From positions 1 to 64,000 of IMG/VR virus record IMGVR_UViG_3300010885_046520: a stretch of 64,000 nucleotides of DNA. One strand, given 5' to 3'. The position numbers and the translations under genes are program-made. Within the stretch, counting starts at the first letter, position 1. Every line of letters begins with the position of its first letter. The notes beneath the pieces were generated by a model. It was not told the origin of the DNA. It did no database searches and saw only the letters and a list, made by a program, of their open reading frames with translations. The stretch is from an uncultured virus (IMG/VR IMGVR_UViG_3300010885_046520). Taxonomy: Duplodnaviria > Heunggongvirae > Uroviricota > Caudoviricetes. Positions 18,001-28,649 of the stretch are shown here, piece by piece.

Positions 18001-21000
18001 CTGCTGTTGTTGGTGTCGCAGGAGTAAAAACACTACGTATACCTTCTCTATTAATAACACTATTAGATTCTACAGAATATAATTGAAAAGGAACATCATC
18101 TACTCGTAATGTATTTGTATAAAAAATTTGATCTGGTTTAATAGTTAAAGATGATTTTAATTCATTTCGTTTTTGTATATCTATAAAAAATAATTCTTTG
18201 TCATCAGGATTTAAATACTTTGGTTCCCATATATGTCCAGCATCTAGATTTTTATATATCCCACTAATTTGAACAACCCCAGAATAAATATAGGATGAAT
18301 TTTGTAGTAAACTTTTTACTAATATCTCTAAGTCTTTGATTAATAAACCTTTTAGTATCGGTTTAAAATTTTCTCTTACTGAATTCTCATATTCTCCATA
18401 ATTTGGCACAAAATTAATATCCATAAATGGCAAATAGTTATTATAGTCTCTAAAAGTTTTTCTAACTATAGAATTATTTCCATCTCCAATATTGTATTTT
18501 TGATGAATAACATATGAAGTTTGACCATTATACTTTATTAAAACTTCTTTTAGATTGTCTTGTTGATCTTTAATCTTAAAATTATAATTGTATAGATTAT
18601 TATTGGCGTTATTAATAATTGTTTTGAAAAACAGATTTTTATACAAACTATCTGGATAGAAGTCGTGTAAATATCCGGTATTATAAATATATTCTCCCAA
18701 TTCATTAATTAATTTACCATCAAAATCAATCAAGTCTCCCCATTTGGTGCTGTATATAGGATTTCTTAATAGTGGATCATTTTCACTTCTTAAAGCTTCT
18801 GGTATATTTTGATAAATAATGAGAGAATCGACACCTAATTTAACGTCTTCTGCTTGATCAATAATGTCTGCTAGTTCGTTAATATTTTCAAGATTTATTT
18901 GTGGTATTTTTCCTAAGAAAGTGAAATCTAAAACACCAATACTATATTTTACATTAGCATCTAATACAAATTCTGTATATATTCTAAGATATTTATCATG
19001 AATATTATCGTTGTAATTTAATTTATTTCCATTTTTATCAACATATATTGAATAAATACTTTTTTCTATAATTTTACCAATGTATGACAGCTTTGAATTT
19101 TCTTTGGAAGTTATCAGGACTTTTTGATCACAGTCTTTTTTAGTATTATGAACATAACCAACCATATTTTTACGATTATAATCAATTTGTAAATCAGTAA
19201 ATTTAGTATTTAAACGACTAGTATTATTTTCAGTCTTTTCAGCTACTAAAAAATAAGGTCGAGATCCCTCTATAATTATTTTTTTTGGATCTCTACCTCT
19301 AGTGAATTTAGTATTAACAATTGGATAATAGGTATTAGTTCTTTGCGTATTAAATAGATCATATGTAAAATTGTAAAAGAAATTAAAGTCTAGGTGTTCT
19401 TTGGTAGATACTGGAAGAATTGGTCCTGATAAATTTGTGGTACTATCTTTTTTGGTATATTCAAACAAATATGGTTGACCAATGTACTTTTTTTCGTCTT
19501 TAAAATATCCAAAAATATTAGGATCATTATATTCCCACCATTGATTGTCTATTTTTAAATAAAGTCTAATTTTTTTATGATTATTTAATTCTGATATTTG
19601 TCGTAATGTTTCTTTAAGTTTATCGTTCATTTCTCCAATAAGCATTGTTCCGTCTTTAAATTTTTCTTCTTTTCTAAATACTTCTTTATCGTAATCGATA
19701 TATGAAGTTAAATTACCACTATCTCTAACAACTGATGTTTTATCAGTTTTATCCCCACCATAGATTAATCCAGTATTAGGATGAAAAAATCCTCTCTTTA
19801 GAGTTCCCATTTGTACTGGAGCAGGAACGGCGAAATTCAACATTTGTTTACGTGGAACTCTCTCAAACTTTACCGCTAGGTCGATACTTTGATTTCCTAG
19901 TGTTCCAAATACTGTATTAGTTGAACAAAAATTACCAACTGGAGGATATAGAACCAGATCATTACCTACTAAAGCTTCTAAATAAGGATTTACTAGAGTG
20001 GCCGTAACAGACGAAGATGATCCTCCTCCTTTACTAATAAAAACCTTTTTTTGTTTATCATAGACGATAGTATCATTTAAAGTCACGCGAGTTGCAAATC
20101 TTTGATATCCTATATTCGGAGAAGAGGTCCACTCTAAATTTCCATCCTCATCAAAAGTTTGAGAATAACTTCTGGGTTTAAATAAATCTACATTCTCAAT
20201 AACTTCTGCCCAAACATCAGCATGGATAGTATTATAAGAAGGTAAAGAAAAATTCCATTCTGTTTTTACATAATTAGGGAAATTAACAGTTACTGATTGA
20301 GAGCATCCGTATGGTTGTTCTGGGTCTATTTTTTCAGATAGAGGATCTATGAAATCTCCTACGTCTGGATGACCTGGTATTCTGATATCTCCTAAAAGTT
20401 TAGATATGTCCTTTTTTGAATATCCACCATAAGATGCAAAAACTGGACCATGGTCTGTTGATAAACTTGGAGTAAATAATAGTGGTTCATTGCTATAGGT
20501 AATGGATCCACCGTCTGTGCTACAAACATGAGGATAGTCTGTTATGGGACTCATAGAAAAACATTGACACTCATTTTTGTTAGGAAAACCCAAGCATTCA
20601 CGAGTATCCTGATTAAAAGCTCTCAATTTTTCTATATTTAAACCATATATTTTAATGCCAACATCTTTAGTAGTAAAAGTTATACGACATTTGCCGTCCG
20701 TTAACCAAAGAGTTCCTTGATCAAAAACTGTACTATTATTGGCTCCAAAAATTTTACTATCATAGTAAACACCACCCTGATAATGAAATGCGGCTTTATC
20801 TATACGAGGATTCATTATAGCAGCATTATATTTTCTGGTATGATATAGACTTTCATCATAAATAGTTCTTGCTGGTCTTGTTCCAACAACGAATCCTTCG
20901 CTATTATTAGCAAATCTTGCAGATGGCTCATCGCAGAAACTAGCGTCTCCTTGAAAGCCGGAACAAAGAATTGGGTTTAATTTAAGGGCTAATTTATAAG

Positions 21001-23041
21001 ACGATCCATCTCCGCAAGTAGAACATGAAATAGTTTCATCTTTTATGAACGGTCTAGGATAAGTGTTATTAAATATCGAACAACCAGTAAAATATACTAC
21101 TTCTTTAAGGAGATGATCATTGAAAAAAATTCCGGCCATATTCGCTGTTTTTTTTGTTATCGCCCCATCATTACAAGCAGAAGCATATTTTTTTCTATTG
21201 TTAATTTTACTTTCTATTTTTAGATTACCCAATTCAATAGTTTGATTGTATGAAAACTGTTTAGAGATTGTTTGATCCAAGCAGTCTACATTAGACGAAC
21301 AACCTCCTGATAATTTTCGGGTATCATTTATTTTTACTCCCATATCAAAACTTAAATCAATATAGGATTGAGATTTAATGTCTTTTGAAAATTCTAATAT
21401 TGAAGAGGTATTAGGCCCACACCATAAATAAGCACCATATTTATTACCAAGAGTATGTATTAACTCTTCGTTAGAAGAAATAAAATTCATATGACTAACA
21501 GAATCAATCTCGCTAGCAGACATATCTTTATTTAGTTGATCTCTTTGTCTATATTCATTAATAGGGTTAACTGGATTCTGATCTTTATCTAATTGTTTGG
21601 GATCTAAGTCTGTAGTTTTTAATAAATCTACAACAACAGCATCATATTGAGGAGCAGTACTCAGCAAAGCAGCCAACTCAAACTTTTGCAGTTTTGTCAT
21701 TGTATTTGGTCTGGTTCTTGATTCGTTATCTGCATTATCTATACGATCATAAATATCTCTCATTAAAGGATATAGATTAGCAGAAATATATGTGAAAGAT
21801 GAACCAGATGGTATTACGCCTATTACTTCAGAACCTTTAATCACTTTAATTCCTGAAGGACAAGTATTAACTACCGGGGTTTGGTCTTGTGATTCTGGAG
21901 GAGTCATTGATAATGGTTCTGGACCATCATTTTTAGCATAAAAGACATCTCCGGGAGATATATACAAATCTATACCTGGAATTGGCCTCTTATCATTTTT
22001 TCTGTCTTTGTCATAATATCTATACCAGCCAATAATGCCAGAAGAATAATTCCATCTCCAATAAGAAGCTAATTTTTCTGTTTTAACAAAAATGTTATTA
22101 TAGGTATTTTTAGAAAATCCATAGGGGACAGCACTGAAATCTTCAATAGACGGCAAAAGATCACTAATCTCTTCGGTTACTGTAGATTCTGGAAGAGGAT
22201 AAGTATCCGGTACTACCTCAGAGTCTTCTCCCATTAATCCACTAAATATAACATTAGAAGTATATGAAATAACTCCTGATCCTTTATTATTTAACTTGGT
22301 CAGAATAAAATGACCACAAGTACTACCTGTTTGAAGATGTTTTTTATATGCTTTGTTGTGGTCATCTATATTATCATATTGAGAAGTGATAGGATCATAC
22401 GGAATTTCGCCTATTCTAGGTTTAAGTTCCCAGTCTATGCATAGTTGTGGAGTAGATGAATTATTTGTAAAACTATTAAGAGGATTATTGCTACCATTTC
22501 CAAACTTAATAAATTTATCAAATCCTAGTCCAGAACCAACAGCTGGAAACTGTTTCATATGTTTAAAATCGTAAAATTGATCCAAATATTTCTGGTTCAA
22601 AATAGGCACTTTTGGTAAATAATCATCTCTTTCCATTCTAATGTCACACGCACCATTGCAACAATTAGAAGATAAAGATGTTGACTTATTTCCATTAGTA
22701 TCTTTTAATTTCCAGGCAATTTTATGATTTGTGTTGTTGCTTAATGAAGAACAGTAAGAACAACGAAAAGAATCAATTGATTCAATTTCATCATAAGATG
22801 TTATTACGGGGGAACAACGACAAGGATCAAAAGATGTATTTAAAGTAGTATCTGGTTGAGATAATAAATCCCCATATTTAATTGTAGAGTGTTTATTGTA
22901 AACAACAAGAGGTCTCCACAGCCCACTAGTTTTTGTATCAAATGGAGGAAGAAGAGTTGTTAGTGATGTTTTATCAATAATAGCAGTACTAAAATCTGCA
23001 TCAGATAGAAAAGACTTATTAAATATGGAACAGCAACTCAT
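15056..23041 (-). CDS. very large (2661 aa) putative virion/distal tail protein, Cys-rich termini
   Basis: Long open frame downstream of the TMP; no recognisable enzymatic motif. Function inferred from position. Confidence 0.6.
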   Translation of the reverse strand: MSCCSIFNKSFLSDADFSTAIIDKTSLTTLLPPFDTKTSGLWRPLVVYNKHSTIKYGDLLSQPDTTLNTSFDPCRCSPVITSYDEIESIDSFRCSYCSSLSNNTNHKIAWKLKDTNGNKSTSLSSNCCNGACDIRMERDDYLPKVPILNQKYLDQFYDFKHMKQFPAVGSGLGFDKFIKFGNGSNNPLNSFTNNSSTPQLCIDWELKPRIGEIPYDPITSQYDNIDDHNKAYKKHLQTGSTCGHFILTKLNNKGSGVISYTSNVIFSGLMGEDSEVVPDTYPLPESTVTEEISDLLPSIEDFSAVPYGFSKNTYNNIFVKTEKLASYWRWNYSSGIIGWYRYYDKDRKNDKRPIPGIDLYISPGDVFYAKNDGPEPLSMTPPESQDQTPVVNTCPSGIKVIKGSEVIGVIPSGSSFTYISANLYPLMRDIYDRIDNADNESRTRPNTMTKLQKFELAALLSTAPQYDAVVVDLLKTTDLDPKQLDKDQNPVNPINEYRQRDQLNKDMSASEIDSVSHMNFISSNEELIHTLGNKYGAYLWCGPNTSSILEFSKDIKSQSYIDLSFDMGVKINDTRKLSGGCSSNVDCLDQTISKQFSYNQTIELGNLKIESKINNRKKYASACNDGAITKKTANMAGIFFNDHLLKEVVYFTGCSIFNNTYPRPFIKDETISCSTCGDGSSYKLALKLNPILCSGFQGDASFCDEPSARFANNSEGFVVGTRPARTIYDESLYHTRKYNAAIMNPRIDKAAFHYQGGVYYDSKIFGANNSTVFDQGTLWLTDGKCRITFTTKDVGIKIYGLNIEKLRAFNQDTRECLGFPNKNECQCFSMSPITDYPHVCSTDGGSITYSNEPLLFTPSLSTDHGPVFASYGGYSKKDISKLLGDIRIPGHPDVGDFIDPLSEKIDPEQPYGCSQSVTVNFPNYVKTEWNFSLPSYNTIHADVWAEVIENVDLFKPRSYSQTFDEDGNLEWTSSPNIGYQRFATRVTLNDTIVYDKQKKVFISKGGGSSSSVTATLVNPYLEALVGNDLVLYPPVGNFCSTNTVFGTLGNQSIDLAVKFERVPRKQMLNFAVPAPVQMGTLKRGFFHPNTGLIYGGDKTDKTSVVRDSGNLTSYIDYDKEVFRKEEKFKDGTMLIGEMNDKLKETLRQISELNNHKKIRLYLKIDNQWWEYNDPNIFGYFKDEKKYIGQPYLFEYTKKDSTTNLSGPILPVSTKEHLDFNFFYNFTYDLFNTQRTNTYYPIVNTKFTRGRDPKKIIIEGSRPYFLVAEKTENNTSRLNTKFTDLQIDYNRKNMVGYVHNTKKDCDQKVLITSKENSKLSYIGKIIEKSIYSIYVDKNGNKLNYNDNIHDKYLRIYTEFVLDANVKYSIGVLDFTFLGKIPQINLENINELADIIDQAEDVKLGVDSLIIYQNIPEALRSENDPLLRNPIYSTKWGDLIDFDGKLINELGEYIYNTGYLHDFYPDSLYKNLFFKTIINNANNNLYNYNFKIKDQQDNLKEVLIKYNGQTSYVIHQKYNIGDGNNSIVRKTFRDYNNYLPFMDINFVPNYGEYENSVRENFKPILKGLLIKDLEILVKSLLQNSSYIYSGVVQISGIYKNLDAGHIWEPKYLNPDDKELFFIDIQKRNELKSSLTIKPDQIFYTNTLRVDDVPFQLYSVESNSVINREGIRSVFTPATPTTAVTFPPITFDFGHFQKTPYTGTPFIKMPVYGDTDRVEGCGSAACGINTIGAVSFSGIYHIQMPKMKSLPQELNDIPYIISYDAGIYNPIGNHQLYYIQRLELNPNNTLYPATNCNKDISPRPTISRISVLNEEYQSIMRDSIVDDHTEIVKKTDIFANEILFRMRYGQKQKINLKTIDDHTTQTIKFNDLIKYTDPKIEAKDIYKNIPYNLDKTAIPPNRKINGSLSIQGKLIVGKSVSVTIGNKNMTISVRSGDGKIKIVVDIDGQTIESVIHTEYVTSHSLAVSDQKLSDTSTTKYTLLTQCQEIASHSVSFMSAHPKGVLYNTFKCDGVTREDLKLPYWGSEKSCNLGSWRPGMPDPTCNPDYGSPPGYVVQYRPSNGCLGTIILDTPEFLCTNLGIGYSVKDLMGPDCKQLTSTSRTIKYGRYSRGVFSGCYAEGSINGLLIGRSLENAIGGRIIQHPQGIGSLRSVSEPSCGTCFTDSYKNPLTDNLYYSAINGRSFPPAMGDTEDHCDCIDWEYGYCQNSADGRCACDAADGPLQYDYQPFDYNFEYCRYQIALKGHKRKIKYGTSDARKTIPLPSCRGYSGNGETAGPIGEIGGEAVEECVWIECDTGAPGAWYIYDAVTTSPTTPYNPLCPTNLCSINYDNNSLTINLPGGPPHCVSHRIRNNCPIIKVTVPDDSFTVSDSISSSCDNCGVEPNKITMPPQIQQWEIITETRTCMLGYFLSSPDKNVDGPVAMGVQTIGCGLCNGCSAVACGPQTYTNGGMGLCGREAPDSFPWSTCISFKMGDPEICVKGNMRYPTAIVAGCDIPITYPASNTVAQNRMKEIWKNQMEQNFRNIAPCNNNGSLNVGDIVEGVVPEDCAGVFYKDISYPAITYRATLTDTPAVEKLTATYTVAYYTYRYRRPKTVQDTFKTDVIRAKCDRIKGSCPTGSINTTEIYKTADCDSTPQCYNTDIPVCDDANYCCRAGKKTDLRTKD

Positions 23042-23051
23042 TTTTTATTTC

Positions 23052-26000
23052 CTAACAATTAACCGATTGTAAAATCCATGACCCATTCATAAAAATAAAC
23101 ATTCCTAAATCATCAGGCACAACATTAAAACCCATCGGATTATTAAAAGTAGTAAGATATGTCTCAGGGGTTATGACTGGTGCCGGAGATGTGGTTGAGC
23201 TTATATTGGCAGCCGTATTAGCTGGATCCTGATAAATATTATAGATAGATACCTGTGTTTCTCCTTTAATGATTCCAGAGGTTATGTAGTGTTTATTATA
23301 AATGGGTTCATAAAATCCATTTTGACCATTATATTTACAATACACAGGAGCATTTCGTGGGACGCAAATAATATTCAGATTATCTTGAACAAATACTAAT
23401 TTTCTTAAACCACTTGGTAATGGATCGTTTGTATATGAATCTTCTATAACAGCTCCTCTAGAGGGTTGTCTGTTAACTAAATCAGTTTCTAATACTACCC
23501 AAATTGGTTTATAATTGGCTCCCACAGTCCATACTCCAGCATTAGCATCCCATCTTAAATCAATAGGTCCAACTGGCCAAGTACTAGGTAATTGTCCCCA
23601 ACCTTTATAAAACTGATGCTCCTTGTATGGCTCTGTCCATGTACCATCGGGTTTTTGGCTTTGATTTTTGTATATGATTTGTTTGGTTTTTGTATCTTTA
23701 ACTATTTCTCCATCAATAACTTTTGGTTCTCCAGAAGCATTAGGAACAGGATATCCTTCTAGATCATAACCCCAAGCATGGACCATTAAAGGTCCGCGTA
23801 AACCAAAATATCTCATATTATTAGCTGGGGTGATTCCTGGAGCCACCCCCCGTTTGCTACAAAACTCCATATAATTTTGATCATAGTCTAAATAGCTACG
23901 CTCTATATTTTTTGCATATGCTGGTTTTAAACCATTAGCCCCTTCTGGTATTGTTAATCCTTGACCTATCAGATCTATACTATGACCAGTTTTATCAGTA
24001 AATTGTCTATTTTGAAAACTACTAAATTCCCCAACAGACATTAATACAGGATTTAGTGTTGCATAATTAATAATTGGATTACCACTTAATCCATTAGGTA
24101 GTCCTGAAGAATTTTTACCGATCAAAGTCAAATCATCACCACTAGCTAAAATATATGGAGGATTAGTTTCTTTTGGAGATGCTGAAACCAAAGCTTTTTT
24201 CTTTTTATCTTCTATAGTTTCACAAAATGGACATTCTACTTCTTTTTCGATTGCAGCATTAGTCATTGTGCTAACATTAACAGTAGTCAAAGTATTATCA
24301 GGATCTAAATATTTATATTTATATTTTGCAGTTCCTTGACAAAATGGACATCCTGGCCTGGGATACTTGGTAATACTAAAAGTGGATCCGTGTGGAGTTG
24401 GATAAAATGAAATGGGAGATAGTATTCCGTCCAAACTCATCATCGATTTATTTTCATATCCTTTTTGAAATTCTGTAGGTAATTCTTGAACGTCCTGTAA
24501 AGAAACATTGGTTGATTCCCTTATCATATTTATAGGATCATATGAAATGTTTCTCGTTACAAAAGGCATCTTAGACCAACCAGGAGAATAATTTAAATCT
24601 TTGTATATATCGGTGATGGTACTATCTGGACGAACAATAGTAGCATTTGAACCAGTTAAAATTTCAAATGGACTCCATCTTAAAACCTTAGGAGTATTGT
24701 CTTCGTTGTGTATATTAAAAAGATTTCCAAAATATCTTTGATTACTTAGTGTTGGACCATATTGTGGACCATTATTTAATGACCCTAATACTCCCATTAA
24801 GCTGGTACTTATTTCTTTTCTTCTTTTGAGTGATTCTTGACCTATTTCTTTTATTCTATCTGCATTTTCTTTGTTATAAAAACCCAATTTTCTAGTATAG
24901 GTTCTAAAATTATAATTAGTAGTAATACCTCCTTCACCAACTTGAACTTGAATACTACTAATAATAGGACCTCCAAATTTTTGATTTTCACCTATTAGAG
25001 CATCTCCTAAATTAAAAGCTGTTCCTGAAAGACTTGTTAACAGTGCTCCGGGAACTTGAATAGAACCTTGTTCAGTGATTTGTTGATAGTTAACGTCATC
25101 TTTAATTCTTGCCATAACAGCAGCGTCTAAAGCATCCATACCACCATAATTCCAAGGAACTAATCCAGCATCATGTTGAACTTTTACGCTTCCTACAAGA
25201 TTATTAACAGATGATGGTACATCTAAAACTGTTTTATCAAAGATTGCTTCTTCTATTAGTCCAGGATGATTGGTCCATGGTCCATATGTAGCCATTGAAC
25301 TTTCAAGTGGTATAGCAGCAAAATATGGGTAAGCTGCTTTTTCTAAGACATGCATATTATTTGATGACAAGTTTGAATCTTGACCATTATTGTCCAAGAA
25401 TACTTCATTTTGTAGACCAGGATATAAAAATGATGCCATGACACCTCTTGGGTCCCAAGTTAAAGTATAAGGATATCTACGCAAACCTCCATTAACTGTT
25501 GAATTTGTTCCAACGTCCGCTCCATTTCTTACAGGAGATGGTATAGTAGAATCTTTCAGCATTTTCAGTAAAAAATCTTGACTTATAATATGTCCTACTT
25601 CTTTATCCGCTATATTTCTACCATTACCCATTTTAACTGGTGAAGATATTTGTACTACTACTCTAGCGTCAGCGTCTGGCTCAATAAAAACAAAATCTTT
25701 TTCACAATTAGCTTTAACATATGTTTTACCAATTTGTTTACTAACTTTACTATTTGCTCCTGTACTAGATCCTATAGGAAATCCGTGAGCTGTGCGAAAA
25801 GCCATAGAATTTGCAAATCCACCAGTATATATGTCAATATATTCTTCTGGAGGCAAAGAATGACTGATAGAGCTATAATAATTATTATTTTCATCTACGG
25901 CATCAGTTGCTCTACGACTATTTAGTAAAAATGTCCAATTGGTAACTAAATGAGATTTTCCATAATTACTAGCAGGAATGTTACTAGCATTGAAAATATA

Positions 26001-28622
26001 TTGTTCAGCTACCCACTTTTCTCTACTATTAACTTCTGGATGATTACTAAATCCAATTATTGGAGGTATTTTACCTTGATCATCACACATGGCATTAACT
26101 GTAACTGATCCTACTATCAAAGCATCATCAATATAATTACCTGGTTCTTCCCAGGCCCCGTCAGATGAAATCTGAAAATCTGTATAAACCTTCCCAGTAC
26201 CTTGTTGAACAAAGATTCCAGTTGATTTTCCATCTGAATCTTTAATCTCAGTCGTGGCACCATCATTAGTAAATAATCTATTATCTCTATACCACTGTGG
26301 CATAGGAACTTTAATCATATATTGTTTACCATAATATTCTGTGGCGATATTAGCAAAAAATTTATGAATAGCTTGCAAATGATTATATAGAGTTTTTTGA
26401 AAAGGAGTAGCTTTATCCATTTCTGTTTGGGCCTGTCTTTGTGCTCCACCTTGAAAATTTGCTCGGTTCACACGATCAGTATTAGAGTTATTCCATAGCG
26501 TTTTTACTAAACCTTTAAAATTTTCTGAAGCATTAAAATTACCATATGTTTGTCTAAAAACTTTGTAACAAAGTTCAGCAATATCTGTGGTGAAATTTGG
26601 ATTAAAAGCATATGCCATCCATACATCAAAACCCTTACCAGCAGCTCGTATTTCATTTTCTAAAACTAAAAATAATGAACTGTTATTACTATAACCATCA
26701 AAGTATGTTTTTGGCAAAGCACCCTTAAGGTCATCTATATAAAATAAAATTTGCATTTGAGCCATACCAGGATCAAAATAAACTTTACGAACTAATCCAT
26801 TAGAGCCTACTCCAAAATAAGGACAGATGACATCTGTATACATTGGATGATTTTCCTTAGCTCCTGGTAATTTAATAAGAGTAATTTTACCAGCCAAATT
26901 TACTCCATCATAATAATTTCCTCTAGAAATATTATTAGAAGAACTCCAAGGATCTAAAGGATTGGGATTATTTGAGAACATCTGTTTATCAGTGAAATTT
27001 CCCGGTTGATTCTCAGCCACTGCTGCACCATCACCATATAAACTAGAATATCTTCTGGTACTCAAAAAACTAGGAGCTCTTAATTGATTACTACCTGGTT
27101 GTCCAATAGAATTTTCATAATTAATAAAAGAACCCGTTTTATTATTAGCATAAGGATCATAAATTAGTGTTGTTTGCTTAGAAACTAAAGAACTAGTTTT
27201 AAATTGCCATAATCTTTTCTGTTTTCCACCCAAATACATTGATCTAGTAGTTTGATCAGAGTATTCTTGTCCATAATTGAAAGTGCTAACATTATACTTC
27301 TGCCTTACTAACCAAGATACATAGTTTTTAATAACATCTTTTTGTGGTTGTAATCTACGAGAGACTGTGTTAACCTTAAAAATGGCACTATATGTACTTC
27401 CAGCAGGAGCTGGTTCTAATGAGATAAAAAAATCATATCCTGATCCATCACAAATTTCTGTAATAAAAGACATTAAACTAATAGTTGGTCCTGTCATATA
27501 TAGACTAGAAGGTGGATATGGTAATGCGCTCAAATCTAATTTATAGTAAGAATGAAAACTTCCATCACCACCCATAACACTAGGACATAAACAACAGTCT
27601 TTTAATGATATCTTGTTACCATCAGCATCATTTATACCAGATTGATCAAAATCTACAGGAGAACCATTTGCAAAAGATAGTGCTCGGCCAAGAATTGCAC
27701 CATGAGGAAAAAATGGATTAGTGTCTGTTGTTCCTTGAGCCAGCATATTAACTAGAGCATCATAGATATTTCTTGCGGGTATTCCATTGTCTGTTCTTCC
27801 AGAATTACCAAATCCTATTTGTTCCCAGTATCCATAAATATTAAAAACATTAGGTAAATTACCTTGTCTTATAGAACCATTAAATGGTAAAAACGGTTTA
27901 GTAGAATCATAATGACATGGTACAGAGATATTTTTTCCAGTACTATTGTCTGCTGTGTTTGGTATTGTGGCGGCTACTGTTCCAGCATATTCATCTATAA
28001 TTAACCAACATCCTTTTAATAAAGACGACCCACTCTTCATCTCTATTTCATAAATGGGCGAACCGCCTTGAGAACCGTTAGCTTTCCATGATGTTATTAA
28101 TCCTCCAAAATATAAATCTTCAAACCAAAATACTGCTGGAATACCAATCAAGTCATATCCTACATTAGAAAACTTATTGGCGCCAGCTAAAAACCCTGGA
28201 TCTGGTCCTAACCATTTTTTTGGAATACCATTAACATTTTTACATATTTTCCCAAAATCCATACTATTATTATTTTGTTGTTCAATTTGTAAGCTAATTG
28301 GCTTAACTAAATTTTTAGTATTATCTGTAGAGAAATTTTCTGATGAGTCCATCACCAAAGCTTGAGACTTAGTATTAACTGGTTGATTATTAACCTGTTT
28401 TACCGAAGTATTAAGAGTATTATATTTAACAGATCGTGGGTGGTATGCTTGGTCCCATACTACAGTAACGGTTAAAGAACTAGAATCCTCACCCCAGGCC
28501 AAATTCATATTAAAGTTAGTAACGCTACATCCTAAAAATAGTGATTGTTCTAGTGGACCAACTTCTCTATATGACCCAACCGGATCAGCTGTACACTCTT
28601 TGCTAGGAGTTATATTTCCCAT
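23052..28622 (-). CDS. large (1856 aa) putative tail tip/hub protein
   Basis: Post-TMP position. N-terminal FLGCSVTNFNMNLAWG..SSLTVTV, SLMSFITEICD and ISSIQVQVGEGGITTNYNFRT fit a hub/tail-tip-like architecture; two CPFC motifs. Confidence 0.6.
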   Translation of the reverse strand: MGNITPSKECTADPVGSYREVGPLEQSLFLGCSVTNFNMNLAWGEDSSSLTVTVVWDQAYHPRSVKYNTLNTSVKQVNNQPVNTKSQALVMDSSENFSTDNTKNLVKPISLQIEQQNNNSMDFGKICKNVNGIPKKWLGPDPGFLAGANKFSNVGYDLIGIPAVFWFEDLYFGGLITSWKANGSQGGSPIYEIEMKSGSSLLKGCWLIIDEYAGTVAATIPNTADNSTGKNISVPCHYDSTKPFLPFNGSIRQGNLPNVFNIYGYWEQIGFGNSGRTDNGIPARNIYDALVNMLAQGTTDTNPFFPHGAILGRALSFANGSPVDFDQSGINDADGNKISLKDCCLCPSVMGGDGSFHSYYKLDLSALPYPPSSLYMTGPTISLMSFITEICDGSGYDFFISLEPAPAGSTYSAIFKVNTVSRRLQPQKDVIKNYVSWLVRQKYNVSTFNYGQEYSDQTTRSMYLGGKQKRLWQFKTSSLVSKQTTLIYDPYANNKTGSFINYENSIGQPGSNQLRAPSFLSTRRYSSLYGDGAAVAENQPGNFTDKQMFSNNPNPLDPWSSSNNISRGNYYDGVNLAGKITLIKLPGAKENHPMYTDVICPYFGVGSNGLVRKVYFDPGMAQMQILFYIDDLKGALPKTYFDGYSNNSSLFLVLENEIRAAGKGFDVWMAYAFNPNFTTDIAELCYKVFRQTYGNFNASENFKGLVKTLWNNSNTDRVNRANFQGGAQRQAQTEMDKATPFQKTLYNHLQAIHKFFANIATEYYGKQYMIKVPMPQWYRDNRLFTNDGATTEIKDSDGKSTGIFVQQGTGKVYTDFQISSDGAWEEPGNYIDDALIVGSVTVNAMCDDQGKIPPIIGFSNHPEVNSREKWVAEQYIFNASNIPASNYGKSHLVTNWTFLLNSRRATDAVDENNNYYSSISHSLPPEEYIDIYTGGFANSMAFRTAHGFPIGSSTGANSKVSKQIGKTYVKANCEKDFVFIEPDADARVVVQISSPVKMGNGRNIADKEVGHIISQDFLLKMLKDSTIPSPVRNGADVGTNSTVNGGLRRYPYTLTWDPRGVMASFLYPGLQNEVFLDNNGQDSNLSSNNMHVLEKAAYPYFAAIPLESSMATYGPWTNHPGLIEEAIFDKTVLDVPSSVNNLVGSVKVQHDAGLVPWNYGGMDALDAAVMARIKDDVNYQQITEQGSIQVPGALLTSLSGTAFNLGDALIGENQKFGGPIISSIQVQVGEGGITTNYNFRTYTRKLGFYNKENADRIKEIGQESLKRRKEISTSLMGVLGSLNNGPQYGPTLSNQRYFGNLFNIHNEDNTPKVLRWSPFEILTGSNATIVRPDSTITDIYKDLNYSPGWSKMPFVTRNISYDPINMIRESTNVSLQDVQELPTEFQKGYENKSMMSLDGILSPISFYPTPHGSTFSITKYPRPGCPFCQGTAKYKYKYLDPDNTLTTVNVSTMTNAAIEKEVECPFCETIEDKKKKALVSASPKETNPPYILASGDDLTLIGKNSSGLPNGLSGNPIINYATLNPVLMSVGEFSSFQNRQFTDKTGHSIDLIGQGLTIPEGANGLKPAYAKNIERSYLDYDQNYMEFCSKRGVAPGITPANNMRYFGLRGPLMVHAWGYDLEGYPVPNASGEPKVIDGEIVKDTKTKQIIYKNQSQKPDGTWTEPYKEHQFYKGWGQLPSTWPVGPIDLRWDANAGVWTVGANYKPIWVVLETDLVNRQPSRGAVIEDSYTNDPLPSGLRKLVFVQDNLNIICVPRNAPVYCKYNGQNGFYEPIYNKHYITSGIIKGETQVSIYNIYQDPANTAANISSTTSPAPVITPETYLTTFNNPMGFNVVPDDLGMFIFMNGSWILQSVNC

Positions 28623-28649
28623 AATTTTATCCTTATTTTAATCTTCCTA